Positions 25,490-40,712 of a DNA stretch of 64,000 nt are shown here, one piece after another; the stretch's first letter is position 1; each line of letters starts with the position of its first letter. Made by a program: the position numbers and the translations under genes. Location of the stretch: NCBI GenBank assembly GCA_964016885.1, contig OZ024744.1, positions 98,022,001-98,086,000 on the forward strand. The letters are read 5' to 3'. A model generated the notes under the pieces. The model searched no databases. It was not told the DNA's origin and saw only the letters and a list, made by a program, of their open reading frames with translations. The DNA comes from Eledone cirrhosa (Eukaryota).

Positions 25490-26440
25490 TCACAAATGAC
25501 CATTGGATTTGCACCTAGAGTGTTCCGCCCTTCCTGAGCTACAGGCCTGGACAAGGTTGCTTGTGGAAGATCAACAGTCGCCTACGTATATCTGTTTCCC
25601 CTCTCCATGCCACCGATGTTGTCCAATGGAAAGGCAAAGTATAATACAGCTTGGCATCCTTGTCATGACAACTAATATATACACTATAAACACACTATAT
25701 ACATACTATGTATACATTATATATTATATATACTGAGTTCAAATCCCGCCGAGGTTGACTTTGCCTTTCATCCTTACGGGGTCGATAAAATAAAGTACCA
25801 GTAATGCACTGGGTAATTGCTGGCCTTGTGCCTAAAGTAGAAACAATTATATATTATATATATACACTATATATGATGTCCAATGGAAAGGCAAAGGCAG
25901 GTACAGCTTGGCATTAGTGACGTCACAACTAAAAGGTACACTATATATACACTATAATATATACACCATATATGATGTTGTCCTAGGGAAAGGCAAAGTA
26001 GAATATAGCTCGACTCCAGTGACGTTGTAACTTATAAATATATATAGAGAGAGGGGGAAGGGAGAGGGAGAGAGAAATGGCTTCTACAGGACTAGAACTG
26101 TTTCATTCAGGAAAGCTGAAGGTGGTGATTGGGATGGGTGGAGGTCATTGGCTGATAGATTTATATATATTTACATTATACATAACCTATATATACACCA
26201 TATATATTATATATACACTACATATACACTACATTGTCAAAGGGAAAGCCAAAGGCCGATACAGCTTGGCGCAACATGAAATATAGTATGTGAAATATAA
26301 AATATAAATACAATGGAGTAACGTGAAATTTAGGATCTTGCTCAAGGATACAACGCGCCGACTGGCCTGGGAATCGAACTCACAACGACACGATTTTTTT
26401 GTGAATTCAACTCTCTAACTATTAAAGCACAAGCCTTCAC
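25490..26440 (-). mobile_element. Fragmented CORE-like tRNA SINE (second family) plus a first-family SINE (+) at 25735-25848
   Basis: TCTTGCTCAAGGATACAAC (CORE-like, reverse), GGGAATCGAACTC (B box, reverse) and repeated GGAAAGGCAAAG..ACAGCTTGGC segments. Confidence 0.65.
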
Positions 26441-26500
26441 ACACACTTAACACCGGTAATTATTAATATGATGATAAGTGAGATACTCGACTGAAACATA

Positions 26501-27396
26501 CGAGGTGTGTCAGAAAAGTTCCAGGACTGATGTCACAAAAGATTTATTTCAAACCCAAACTTCACACTAAGAGTTTTCTCTTTCAAAGTAATCCCCCTGG
26601 AGTTTAATGCACTTTTCCATCCTTTTCTGCCACGCTTGCATGAACTCCTCGAAAGATTCTTCCGGGATCCTCCGCAGTTCCGTTGTCACAGCCTTTTTGA
26701 TGTCGTCCACGTCTTCAAAACGGGTCCCCTCCGGGTCGTACTCGAAGATCCATGACTCATCACCGGTGATGACTGTCCCTAGCAAGGCTATTTCGGTTTC
26801 AAGACGCTCGAGTATGTCCTGGCACACTTGCATGCGTCGACCCTTCTGGTCATCGTTCAGCAGTTTTGGCACCATCTTCGCACAGACTTTCCGCATGTCC
26901 AAATCTTCAGTGAGAATCTTCCAGACGCTGTCCCGATTCATGCCCTGCTCATTTGCCATCAGTCGAACAGTCAGCCGACGATCGCTACGCACCATCTGCC
27001 TGACACGCTCAACGTTGACCTCAGTCCTGGTTGTTGAGGGCCTTCCGCTCCTGGGGTCATCTTCCACATCCTCGCGTCCTTCTTTAAACCTCTTGCACAA
27101 CTCAAAAACACATGAGCGTGACATCGTCTCATCTCTATACACTTGCTGCAGCAATCCCACTGCTTCTGACGGTGTTTTCAAGTTCGTTCGTTGCTCTGTG
27201 CTCATTGCTTGACGACCTGAAACAGAGGACATGTATATAAAATTATGAAGAAAAAAGTTTGATCGCTGCAGAGAGCTAAGATTACAGTTACATACTTCAG
27301 GGGGAGTACTTTGAAGGAGAAAACTCTTAGTGTGAAGTTTGGGTTTGAAATAAATCTTTTGTGACATCAGTCCTGGAACCTTTCTGACACACCTCG
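26501..27396 (-). mobile_element. mariner transposon, internally deleted
   Basis: TA TSD, ~100-bp TIRs (CGAGGTGTGTCAGAAAAGTTCC..); transposase with HTH (DDPRSGRP), AKMVPKLL and ITGDESWIFEYDPE fused to GTRFEDVDDIK. Confidence 0.95.
26567..27206 (-). pseudogene. mariner transposase, in-frame deletion of most of the catalytic domain
   Basis: Open frame from MSTEQRTNLK; second and third catalytic Asp regions are absent. Confidence 0.85.
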
Positions 27397-27529
27397 TATA
27401 TATATATATATATAATAAAATATGGGGAAAAATACTGCAGGTAGCGCATGGATAACATGTAATAAAATGAGTCCCTCATCAGTGATTTGCCGACGATCAT
27501 AGATATTTCATTGCATTATATATATATAT

Positions 27530-27845
27530 ACTATCGCCACAGCTGTTCTACCTGATGGCTAGCATCACTCAACAGTTTACTAAACAATAGCATTCATAAT
27601 TACAACACAGAGAATAGCAAAACTGAAGCATCTGTTCTACATTGACAATCTCAATGTATCTTCCAACGACGACAACAAACTAGAAGGACCATCTCACCAC
27701 TGTAAACATCTTCAATTATAATAAAAATAAAATTAGTTCGCTCGCTCTCAATAAGTGTACCAAAGCCAACTTCAGTGAGGCGAAATAAAATGACCAAAAC
27801 TTCAGATTTAGATCTTGATATTGACAGTGTGATGAAGAACTCTTG
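27530..27845 (+). mobile_element. R4/Dong-like LINE RT fragment (degraded)
   Basis: LSPQLF...LKHLFYIDNLNVSSNDDNKLEG resembles the HLFYMDDLK RT5 motif of R4-clade elements. Confidence 0.6.
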
Positions 27846-27998
27846 ACTAGAGGTTCCCAACGTGGACGTTATCCACCCCGGAAGGCATTGAGAAGGTTCA
27901 AAGACGCTGGGGCCTAAGACAGACAACAGTGTGTGGGGGGGGGGGGGGCTCGGTAGAGATGATATAATAGTATATTAAATATCTAATGATATATATTA

Positions 27999-28407
27999 TC
28001 TCTATATATATATAAAACGGAAGATGTCTGTCTGTGTGTGTGTATGATTTTTATGCATTTCCACATTTCCCTACCGATTTTGATGGGTTTTTTTCCAATG
28101 TGCTCCAAATTTACCAAGTAAGGTCAACGCGTAATAAACTTTGCCAAAAATGTCCTGTTTCTATGAAAAAAAATCGATAAAACTAAATACATGCTGTAAC
28201 CCTTTCTCTTTCACGCTTAATTCCTCTCACTACTGCCCTAAAAAATCTATGAAACTACATACATGTTGCAACTCTCTCTATATATATATCACACACACAC
28301 ATATACATATACATCTAAAGAGAGAAAGGGAGATGTAGAGAAAGAGAGTGAGATAGGTCGTTATACAGAGAGAGGTACAAGATAGTCAGATAGAAAGAGA
28401 GAGAGAT

Positions 28408-28461
<54 letters not shown>

Positions 28462-28545
28462 GCGACGAACGCTGGTTCACACACACACACACAAACACAT
28501 ATATATATAAAGACAGAGAGAGAGGGGGGGGGAGAGAGAGAGAGA

Positions 28546-28609
<64 letters not shown>

Positions 28610-30116
28610 CGTTCTTTATTGTTCTCCATTATGTAGAGGAAGAGAGAGAGGAGGTATGAGTGAGAGAGAGAGAGAGAAAGAAAAAAAGAGGGTATCAGAA
28701 AAAGGGAGAGGGGTTAAGAAAGAAAGAAAATTTAAGCAAAGAATCGCTGCTTTCAACATTAACGGGATCTTCTTAAACTAAAAAATTCAATCTGTGACGC
28801 AGAATTAAATATTTTGAGAAACAGGAAGACGATATTTTGGTTCGTGAAGACGTTCCCTGGTAATGAACGGAAAACAAGCGAGGATAATACGTCGTTATGT
28901 GGACCGAGAAGAACAATTTCATGCAAAGACAAGACCAAGTTTATGGTGTAAATGGAGTCGTTAGACTAATTTTCTATTTAAAATAACCGAATGATTTCCA
29001 GCCCCGGAGTTTAAGAATGATGTAAATAAAATTGTAAACGAAAATGACAGATGTTATTAAAATAGTTGTTTCTACTTTTGGCACAAGCCCAGCAAATTAC
29101 CCAGTACATTACTGGTACTTTCTTTTATAAACCCCGTAAGGATGAAAGGCAAAGTTAACCTCGGCGGGATTTTAACTTTGCCTTAAAATAGTAAAAGTAA
29201 ACAGTGAAGATTTAGGCCAGTACATATGTATGCGCCGATGAACATACACATACATATACATACGCGCACACAAATACATACACACATACAAACACACACG
29301 CGCGTGCGCGCGCGTGTGTGTGTAAACCTTATGCATTTCTACAGTATTTTCACCAAACTTAAGACATAGATTACTTATGTACTCCGGATGGTCATGGGCG
29401 CTTTCATTTTTCCAGATATTGATTATAGGTCCTCCCGGCAGATAACCTCCTTTAACCACTTCTTTGGAGTCGACTGAAGCACTGCAGTGCAATGCAACAA
29501 AACGTCATAACGCCTGGAGTTCGCAACCGATTTTCACAAAACTTGACACGTGGGCCACGTTTGTTCTATAGATGAATGTGAAAGGAACTTAACATTGTAA
29601 CTTTAACACAGCTACTGAGCAGCCCCGAGCAACACCGGGCTTTACTGCTATAGGCGATAAAGTTGTGCAGACAGACAGTCGGGCTGATAGACGATGGAGG
29701 CATGCAGACAGACAGTCGTGCAGAGAGGTGATAGGCGATGAAATTGCATTTTTTTTGTTGTTGTTTTTTTGTTTTTCATGTCCATCCAATTTCTTTGTTT
29801 CGAAATAACTGATAGTTTGGTTACACTGATGTTTTTCTCTGAGACAATTGTTGCAGTGTTTATATTTTCGATTTTTGTTAATAGATTACCAGTGCAGTTT
29901 TTCTCCCCAGCATCCTCTTTTGTTTTAACATTCGAGTTATGGTTATGTTTTCTTAACTTCAAAAGGCATACTGTTGGTTGAGGGAATATTAATCAAAAGT
30001 ACCACATGAAAGTCTAAACTGTAGTCTCTACAGTTATTAAGCCAAGAAAGGAACTTAACATTGTAACTTTAACACAGCTACTGAGCAGCCCTGAAAACGC
30101 CGGGCTTTACTGCTAG
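27999..30116 (+). mobile_element. Composite non-autonomous Helitron with duplicated 3' end and nested repeats
   Basis: A|TCTCTATATATATATAAAACGG start; GC-rich hairpin plus CTAG|T end at 30116; an earlier copy of the same ~70-bp end at 29579-29651 finishes in CTAT. Confidence 0.65.
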
Positions 30117-30182
30117 TATATAAATATAGTAAAATAAAAAATATATGCTATTTATATACAGTATATATTATTTATTATAAAA

Positions 30183-30548
30183 GGGCGGTGGATCGGCAGT
30201 ATCGGTAGAGGGTCAGACGCCATGCTATGCAGCAAAGAGTTACGGCCCATTATGTTCAGAGTTCAAATCCCGTCGAGGTTAACTTTGCCTTTCACCCTTA
30301 CGGGGTCGATAAATAAAGTACCAGTAATACACTGGGATAATTGTTGGCCTTGTGCCAAAGTAGAAACAATTATTTATTATAAAAAGGGCAGTATCGGTAG
30401 AGGGTCGTAGAATTACGTCCCTTTACAGACTGAGCTCAAATCCTGCCGAGGTTAACTTTGCCTTTCATCCTTACGGGGACGATAAAATAAAGTACCAGTA
30501 ATACACTGGGATAATTGCTGGCCTTGTGCCAAAAATAGAAGCAATTAT
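30183..30548 (+). mobile_element. Two tandem SINE copies
   Basis: A/B boxes, core and tail. Confidence 0.9.
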
Positions 30549-30736
30549 TTATTATATAAAAATTAAGACAAGACCACTCGCGAACCGCTGACGTCACGTT
30601 CACTTCAAAATATTTTTTTAAATCATGTTCACTTAAAAATAATTTTTAAATAATTAAAATATACTCAGACATGTATATAATGCGAAATGAAACTGGAAGG
30701 CCCATATATATACATGTGTGTATGCATATATATAAA

Positions 30737-31695
<959 letters not shown>

Positions 31696-31705
31696 TATAT
31701 ATATA

Positions 31706-32194
<489 letters not shown>

Positions 32195-32282
32195 TGTATG
32201 TATATATATGCGGGTGTCTGTGATCTATATACACTGTTCATAGACATACACACACATATACACACATATATATACACACACA

Positions 32283-32340
<58 letters not shown>

Positions 32341-32696
32341 ACACCACCAGCAGCTCTCTCTCACTCTCTCTCTTCCATGTTCTTCTCTGTCTCCTCTCCC
32401 TCTCTCTATGTCTCTCTTTCAATCTACTCTATCAAACCATTCTCTTTTTCTCTCTATCTTTCTCTCTTTTTGTTTATGAAGGTACTCGGAAAAACCCCAT
32501 ACCTCGGGAACGCGTACTCCGATTTACGCGGAACTTGTTTTATTCCATTTGTATTCCCATTTCAAGGTCAACTTCTTTTCAAAGTATTTTCCCATTATGC
32601 ACCCTTTTGGCTGTATTACATTACAGACAAGCAAGCAAGCAATCACAGAGTTTTAGTAGTATATAGATTACTAGCAAGCCCCGCGCCGTCAAAAAT

Positions 32697-33195
32697 GACC
32701 CCTCCTTCCTCAATCAACCTTATCACCCCTTCCTTCCTCAGTCGACGTTATCACCCCTTCCTTCCTCCCTCAGTCAACGTGATCACCCCTTCCTTCCTCC
32801 CTCAGTCAACGTTATCACCTCTTCCTTCCTCAGTCTACGTCATCACCCCTTCCTTCCTCAGTCAACCTTATCACCCCTTCCTTCCTCTCGACGTTATCAC
32901 CCCTTCGTTCCTCAGTCAACGTAATCACCCCTTCCTTCCTCAGTCACCGTCATCACCCCTTTCTTCCTCAGTCGACGTCATCACCCCTTCCTTCCTTAGT
33001 CAACGTTATCACCCCTTCCTTCCTCAGTCGACGTTATCACCCCTTCCTTCCTCAGTTGACGTTATCACCCCTTCCTTCCTCAGTCGACGTTATCACCCCT
33101 TCCTCCCTCAGTCAACCTTATCACCCCTTCCTTCCTCTCGCCGTTATCACCCCTTCCTTCCTCAGTCAACGTAATCACCCCTTCCTTCCTCAGCC
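32697..33195. repeat. ~27-bp pyrimidine-rich minisatellite (GTTATCACCCCTTCCTTCCTCAGTCAAC)
   Basis: Seen directly. Confidence 0.93.
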
Positions 33196-33347
33196 ATCTC
33201 TAGTGTGTGATGGACAATTTGCGTGTAGACAGGTCTCTCTGGAAATAGAGTTGGGGGCGTTGAGGGTATTACGTGGCCGGGATGAGGGGGGTTACTCCCA
33301 AAAGTTTGAAAACCTCTGACCTAGGTCATGTGGATATTTACTAATAC

Positions 33348-33404
33348 CTGGCTGGGCGTAAAGGAGGGAGGTGGCATACAGCACACGGCCAAGAAGGAGA
33401 AGGC
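33348..33404 (-). CDS. Candidate 57-nt exon (phase 1-1), hydrophobic signal-peptide-like LLLLGRVLYATSLLYAQP
   Basis: TTTCAG| acceptor and CAG|GTATTA donor in unique sequence; splicing to 23635 rebuilds Pro-Gly-Val-Arg-Tyr in register with the repeat. Confidence 0.4.
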
Positions 33405-33673
33405 CTGAAATCTGAAGTACGTACTAAAGGAGAATATATGCGATAGTAAAAAGCGTATTGAACCTTCTTATCGAGTCGCCACACCACACCCATCCAGTGT
33501 TGGGCACAGATCCTTGAATGGGGTCTTAAAGTTTCAAGGTTGTTACGTGTGCATGAATCTTCAAGATTGGGGAAAACTAGAAGGAGCACGATTGTTTATA
33601 ATTTCCTGCATTGGCAACGTTATACGCGTATTGAATGTGACTAACAGATCTAAATATACTAATACTTTAGCAA

Positions 33674-34156
33674 TCTAAACTATAATAAAGAAAGGAATGA
33701 GGGACTGCGTACGGTTTATAATTTTTTATCCCATTAGTAAAATAAGTTGGATTACTTTGAATAAATGATGAATGAGTATTACATAATTTATCTACTAAAT
33801 TTCGTAGCTGTTGATTAAATATATTTTATTACTTATTTAAAGATTCACTTCTTTAAAATTTTCAAATGTCAACACTTTCGGTTAGCGATCGCTTAAATAA
33901 ACATTCACATATTTCCGTCACTAATTTTCTCCTAATGCAGTTTATATATAATATCGTCTTTTTTTTAATGTATCATAGATTACGTTACTGATTACATAAG
34001 ACAGCGTAACGCAGTCTTCGTTCAATTTCTGTATATATTGTCAATTACGATTTTATTTGATGTATTCTATCTACATGTATATATACTTGCGTATAATATC
34101 AATATACACACTACACATGCTAGCAGAAAACCACCCTTCGGGTGGTTTTCTGCTAG
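33674..34156 (+). mobile_element. Non-autonomous Helitron (family A)
   Basis: A|TCTAAACTATAATAAAG..GCAGAAAACCACCCTTCGGGTGGTTTTCTGCTAG|T: 5' TC, 3' hairpin plus CTAG, AT target, no TSD; four copies in the window. Confidence 0.88.
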
Positions 34157-34288
34157 TACTTGTAATGACATACAACTTCAACGTGACTAACAGATCTAAA
34201 TCTACTAATACCTTAGCAATCTAAACTATAATAAAGTAAGAGGTGCGGGACTGCGTCCAGAATATATTTTTTTATCCCGTTTGTAAAA

Positions 34289-34397
<109 letters not shown>

Positions 34398-34474
34398 TAC
34401 TCGCTAACTCATTCTCTCTCTCTCTCACACACACTACCTCTCTCTCACTCTCTTTCTTTCTTTCTCTCTCTCTA

Positions 34475-35325
34475 TTGTGTTGGACTACTACCCAAACAAA
34501 AACAAAAGACTGACTTATCCTAATTGAAAACAAACACTACCTCCTCTATCCAGAAAGAAGCTATTCAGTTAAAAGAAGAGTTTCATATCCTAGAAACCCC
34601 AGCAACAAAAACCTATCCATAACCATTTAAGCGAAACTTTTCAAGCAGAAGTTGAAATATCATGGCCAGCTATAACTTCAGAAAACCTAGAAGAACAAGG
34701 TATTGCATGAATAATAAATACTCAACAAGGATGCATGAGGCAGCTGTAAAACAACTAACAACTGAAAACACACTAGTGGCTAAGGTACACCTGTCTGCAT
34801 AAGACCAAATTCTCACACATAAATCCTATCACTACTATTGCATCACCAAGAAGGAAGGAAACCCACAATGCAAGTTGTGTGGAAAGTATGAAGAAACCAT
34901 TAACCATATAGTCTCTGGATATCTGTAATTAGCAAAGACCAAATAACATGCACAGACATAACAAGAAAGCAACATGTCCACACTGGAAAATATACAGAAG
35001 CTACAAGATTGGGACGAGACTGAGAAATGGGAAAAGTATGAAGAAACCATTAACCATATAGTCTCTGGATATCTGGAACTGGCAAAGACCAAATAACATG
35101 CACAGACATAACAAGACAGCAGCATGTCTACACTGGAAAATATACAGAAGCTACAAGATTGGGATGACTGAGAAATGGGAAAATTGTTAATCAACCATAA
35201 TCACTAACAACATGGATGTCACCATCTTCTGGAACATGCTGATCCACACAGATAGGGAGATAGAAGCTAACAGATCTGACATTGTTATCAAGGACGAGAA
35301 GGATACGAGGTGCACCAGATGATGA
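34475..35325 (+). mobile_element. R4/Dong-like LINE 3' part (CCHC knuckle plus REL endonuclease), with internal tandem duplication
   Basis: CKLCGKYEETINHIVSG and VTIFWNMLIHTDREIEANRSDIVIKD motifs. Confidence 0.8.
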
Positions 35326-35399
35326 TAGACTTTATTGATTCTACTTGAAACGGTCTCTTCAGAACGATTCAACACCGATTATTGACGATTGCCCGCGTC

Positions 35400-36960
35400 A
35401 ATTACCGCGTAAATATTTCTTTAATTCGGTTTCTCTGGGTTGTGCAGGCTTCCAAATGTTAAGCCCTTGTCTGTGATTCTGTCTGCGCCAACCGTGTTTA
35501 TCACATATTTCTGGTTTGTGTAATTAATCAGTTGAAATTGTCGATAATCTACACTATTCCTGTCTACTGACTTAAGAAATAGTCTATCTAGATATGATCT
35601 GGAGGACCCGAAGCGGTTTCGCCATGTCTACGCTGGCGCATTCGGGAAATCCATTTTGGCACCTGTTGGAAATGCTTATACGGTTTATGAGGCTTGTGTA
35701 CCCCTTTTCTGTATGTTAACCCTACACAATTCAAACTTGTATCTACTATGCCATTTCAGTTTACCGCTAGTGCTAAACAGTAGAATGTTTCTAGACGTCT
35801 GAAGAAGTTGAGCGCCCTGCTTCTGTTAGGGTATAGACGGCCTCTAGTCTGAAGGCCCCACCTTCGTTCTTGCTCACGTACGTGACCACCAACTTATTGT
35901 CCGGTTCCAGAAGCTGGTCCTTACTTCGAGATCAATACAACCAACCCACCTCCCGATCCAGATCGATTTATAGATCATACACCTCATGCCCATCGAAGAT
36001 GGGTGTGTGTATGTGTGTGACTCGGAAAATTCTGGTCTTGGTGATTGCAAACCTCAACCTTACACTCCGTCCAACATCCATATTTAGTGACCTAAGGTCA
36101 TTAAGCAAGTGACCTTACTTTCAAGATAATCACAGGCCTTGTGTATTTGTACTGCCCACTCTCTTAATAAAGCCACGTCAGTTAAAAAAAAAGTTGAAAG
36201 TAAAAGAGGGAACTTATTTACTCTTGTGAGGAGAAGGGTGAAACTTTCATTTTGAGAGGTGAGGTGTACTTTCTAAATGGTCTCGCTTTTTGTGACATTA
36301 TTCTGACCCCCACCCCTCGTCCCTTCCCTGACATTGTTTGGAGATATCTCAAAGTTCCATCTAGATGTTTTCTGGCGGTTTTTATGAGAAACCCATGATC
36401 TGGTAATTTAAGGGAGGAGGGCTTCTCAAACTCTTCTCGTGTTCCTGTTATTGCGTCTTTAAAGAAATTCAACCTCACATTGTATTTATTTACAACTGTG
36501 AAGTTAATATAATTGGTGTGAATCTTTGATTGCTGTTGTTGTTGTTGTTGTTGCTGTTGTTGTTGTTGTTGTTGTTGTTGCCCTTTCTTTTTTTGTGTTT
36601 GTATGTTTTCTGGTGTATTTGTCGGGGTTTTATTTTGTTTGTTTTTTGCTGTTGTTGTTCTTGTCTTGCTAGTGATGGTACGGGTGGTTGGTTGGTTGTT
36701 GGGTGGTTGGCCGAGGGCATAATTGATTCTCCTTTATCTTCCACGGTCCTATGCTTAAGGGAGCTACTTTTGGCTGGTGTTTTTTTTTTGGGGGGGGGGG
36801 TTCTTTGTTTCCTTTTTCTTTCCGTAAGGGCCATAAACCATGATGTTTCTACGCTCGACAAGTTTGGCAGGGGGGGGGGAGATGAGATTAGGGGAGAGAT
36901 ATGACTGCTCATATATGTACTGTTATGTTTTGTTGGGATGGTGGCGGGAGAGAAAGTGAG
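35400..36960 (-). mobile_element. Degraded Tx1-clade LINE 5' part (ORF1 remnant plus APE endonuclease)
   Basis: GSSRSYLDRLFLKSVDR matches GSSRSYLDRVF of the 47998 ORF; ORF1 assignment of 36200-36960 is by position only. Confidence 0.65.
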
Positions 36961-38153
36961 ATATTGAGTGAGATGTCTTGTTGTTGTTGTTGTTGTTGTT
37001 GTTGTTACGTATTTAAGAATTTTATTTTCATAAAGTCTTCCAAGATCTTTAATAGTTAATTATTAAAATACGTAGAGAATTTTTTTTTTTTAATTTTCAG
37101 AAATATTTTAATATTTTGGTGGGAATTTAAAATTTTTTTCTTTTAGAGATTTCTTTTAAAAAATTGAAACAAAATAATTTTGTTTCCGCCCCAAAAGTAG
37201 TCAAAAATTGCTTATAGAACTTTCGAAATCAAATGGTTGAGCAAAACATGGGAGAAAGTCACGTTGTTCAATATACTCACTCAATTCACCTCCAACAAAC
37301 GCTGCCAAAAGGAGGAACACCTCAACGAAATGCAAAAAAAAAGAAAAACTTCTGAAAAAAATTCCAAGAGAACTGTTGCTAAACAAGAAATAGCCATCAG
37401 TTCGTAGTTAAGGGCGCCGGACAACATGCTTTGCGACAGAGAGTTACGGCCCTTTACGATCTGAGTTCAAATTGCGCCGAGGTTAGCTTAGTCTTTCATC
37501 GTCACGGAGTTGATAAAATAAAGTACCAGTAACGCACTGGGTCGATTTAATAGGCTTTCCCCTACACTTCAAATTGCTGGCCTTGTGCCTAAAGTAGAAA
37601 CCATTATTACAAGTTTAGGGCGGTGGATTGGCAGTATCGGTAGAGAGTCGGACGCCATGCTTTGACGCATAGAGTTACCGCCTTTGCCATTCTGAGTTCA
37701 AATCCCACCGAGTTCAAATCCCACCGAGTTCAAATCCCACTGAGTTCAAATCCCACCGAGGTTAACTTTGCCTTTCATCCTTACAGGGTCGATAAATAAA
37801 GTACCAGTAATGTACTGGGTAATTGCTGGCCTTGTGCCAAAAGTAGAAACAATTATTACAAGCCTCAGTCGTTAAAACGTTTTTTTGATTTTTGTTTTTT
37901 CTGAGTCTAAATCCTGTTGGAGTTAAATTCCCCTTTCATCTTTCCGATTAAAGTCGATAAAATAAAGTACCTGTTACGTACTGGGATCGATATAATCGAC
38001 TTTCCTATCCAACACCACCACCCCAACATATAAAAACAAAAACTAATTGCTGCCCTTGTGTCAAAATTAGAAACTATTTATCTGTCATTTATTCTCCTAT
38101 AATTAAAGTCAGAATCGAGAAAGGTGATATTAAATAGTCCGACATTCTATTTA

Positions 38154-38351
38154 CGAGGATCGGAGGAAAAGTTCATAGGTTGACCAAGATACTCTCATGG
38201 AATGTCCAAAAGAGGTTTATTTTTCAACATAGTCCCTGTAAAGAAACAATGTAGTTATTAATAAGAAGAGTTGAAATTAATGCATGCTAGATTTCACAGC
38301 TCTAGCATCACTCCTTCGTAGTCAGCCTATGAACCTTTTAGTCGGCTATCG
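38154..38351. mobile_element. mariner-derived MITE
   Basis: TA|CGAGG..AAAAGTTCATAGG...CCTATGAACCTTT..TCG|TA TIRs. Confidence 0.8.
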
Positions 38352-38357
38352 TATATA

Positions 38358-38394
<37 letters not shown>

Positions 38395-38597
38395 CGAGGG
38401 TTAGATAAAAAGTTCATAGACTGACCAAGATACTCTCATGGAATGACCAAATGAGGTTTATTTTTCAACATAGTCCCTGGAAAGAAAAAAAATGCAGTTA
38501 TTAATAAGAAAATTGAAACGAATGTATCCAAGATTTAACAGCCCTAGCATCCAACACTCCTTCATAGTCTACCTACGAACTTTTCAGCCAACCCTCG
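38395..38597. mobile_element. mariner-derived MITE (second copy)
   Basis: CGAGGGTT..AAAAGTTC...GAACTTTT..AACCCTCG|TA; homologous to 38154. Confidence 0.82.
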
Positions 38598-39469
38598 TAG
38601 TCCATGACTACGCAACACTAGGTAGAAAAATGTTTCCATTACGGGATATGAACTCAGAAAGTAAAGGGACGTAACTCTATACCGCGAAGCATAATAATGA
38701 TTTCTTTATTTCTCAAATAAAGAAATAAAGAAATCATTATTATGCTTCGCGGTATAGAGTTACGTCCTTTTACTTTCTAAGTTCAAATCCCGCCGGTGTT
38801 AACTTTGCCTTTCATCCTTACGGGGGTCGATTAAATAAAGTACCAGTAATGCAGTGGAGTCGATTTAATCGTCTTTCCCAGCCACCAAAAATTGTTGGCC
38901 TTGTGCCTAAATCAGAAATCGGTAGATGGTCGGACGCCATGCTTTGCATCATAGAGCTACGCCGGGGTTAACTTTGCCTTTCATTCTTCCGGGGGTCGAT
39001 AAAATAAAGTACCAGTAATACACTGGGGGATAATTGCTGGCCTTGTGCCAAAAATAGAAACAATTATTTAATTTACTACCAGATGCGTAGGTTTCATTCT
39101 AAATAAGGTTGGATATTCTGGGGGCTTGCCTGCGGGCGGACGGGTGGGGATTAGATATATAACTGTTTCTACTTTTGGCACAAGGCCAGCAATTACTCAG
39201 TGTATTACTGGTACTTTATTTTATCGACCCCGTAAGGATGAAAGGCAAAGTTAACCTCGGCGGGATTTGAACTCAGATCATAAAGGGAGGTAACTCTATG
39301 CTGCAAAGCATGGCGTCCGACCCTCTATCGATACTGCCAATCCAAACAAATATAGGTCAGTTTCATCTCCGTTTGTAGACTCTTGTGACAGTTAGCAGTC
39401 ATGGAACTCTTAATGACGTCACTGATTTATTCTCCTTGGAAAAACTCATCGACGAAGGTTCAATTCTCA

Positions 39470-39470
39470 C

Positions 39471-39504
<34 letters not shown>

Positions 39505-39545
39505 TCTCTCTCTCTCACACACACATACTCTCTCTCTCACACACA

Positions 39546-39607
<62 letters not shown>

Positions 39608-39617
39608 CACACACACA

Positions 39618-39654
<37 letters not shown>

Positions 39655-39703
39655 TCTCTCTCTCTCTCTCTCACACACACACATACTCTCTCTCTCACAC
39701 ACA

Positions 39704-39735
<32 letters not shown>

Positions 39736-39779
39736 CTCTCTCTCTCTCTCTCTCTCACACATACTCTCTCTCACACACT

Positions 39780-39811
<32 letters not shown>

Positions 39812-39851
39812 CTCTCTCTCACACACACTCTCTCTCTCTCTCTCACACACA

Positions 39852-39901
<50 letters not shown>

Positions 39902-40712
39902 NNNNNNNNNNNNNNNNNNNNNNNNNNNNNNNNNNNNNNNNNNNNNNNNNNNNNNNNNNNNNNNNNNNNNNNNNNNNNNNNNNNNNNNNNNNNNNNNNNN
40001 NNNNNNNNNNNNNNNNNNNNNNNNNNNNNNNNNNNNNNNNNNNNNNNNNNNNNNNNNNNNNNNNNNNNNNNNNNNNNNNNNNNNNNNNNNNNNNNNNNNN
40101 NACACACAAAGACACACACACACAAAGACACACACACTCACACTACTCACTACACACACATACATTCACACACACACACACAAAGACACGCACACACACA
40201 CACACACTCACACTACACACACTCACATAAACTCACTCACACACTCACTCACACACACACACACACACACACATATATACACACGCCCGCACATACACAC
40301 ATACATTCACACACTCACACCGCATACACACACACTACACACACATACATTCACACACACACAAAGTCACGCACACACACACACACTCACACTATACACA
40401 CATACACTCACATAAACTCACTCACACACACACACATATATACACACGCCCGCACATGCACTCATACATTCACACACTCACACTCGCATACACACACACT
40501 ACTCACACATACAATCACACACACACACACAAAGACACACACACACTCACACTACTCACTACACACACATACATTCACACACACACACACAAAGACACGC
40601 ACACACACACACTCACACTACACACACATACACTCACATAAACTCACTCACTCACTCACACACATACACACACACACGCACACACACACACGCACACACA
40701 CTCACACACACA
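39470..40712. repeat. (CT)n/(CA)n compound microsatellite spanning an assembly gap
   Basis: Seen directly; 200 N at 39902-40101. Confidence 0.95.

Larger units (their letters stand above)
37400..39343 (+). mobile_element. Cluster of SINE copies (mostly +; 39160-39343 on -)
   Basis: Repeated core motifs; B-box GAGTTCAAATCCCACC occurs four times in tandem at 37694-37757. Confidence 0.88.
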
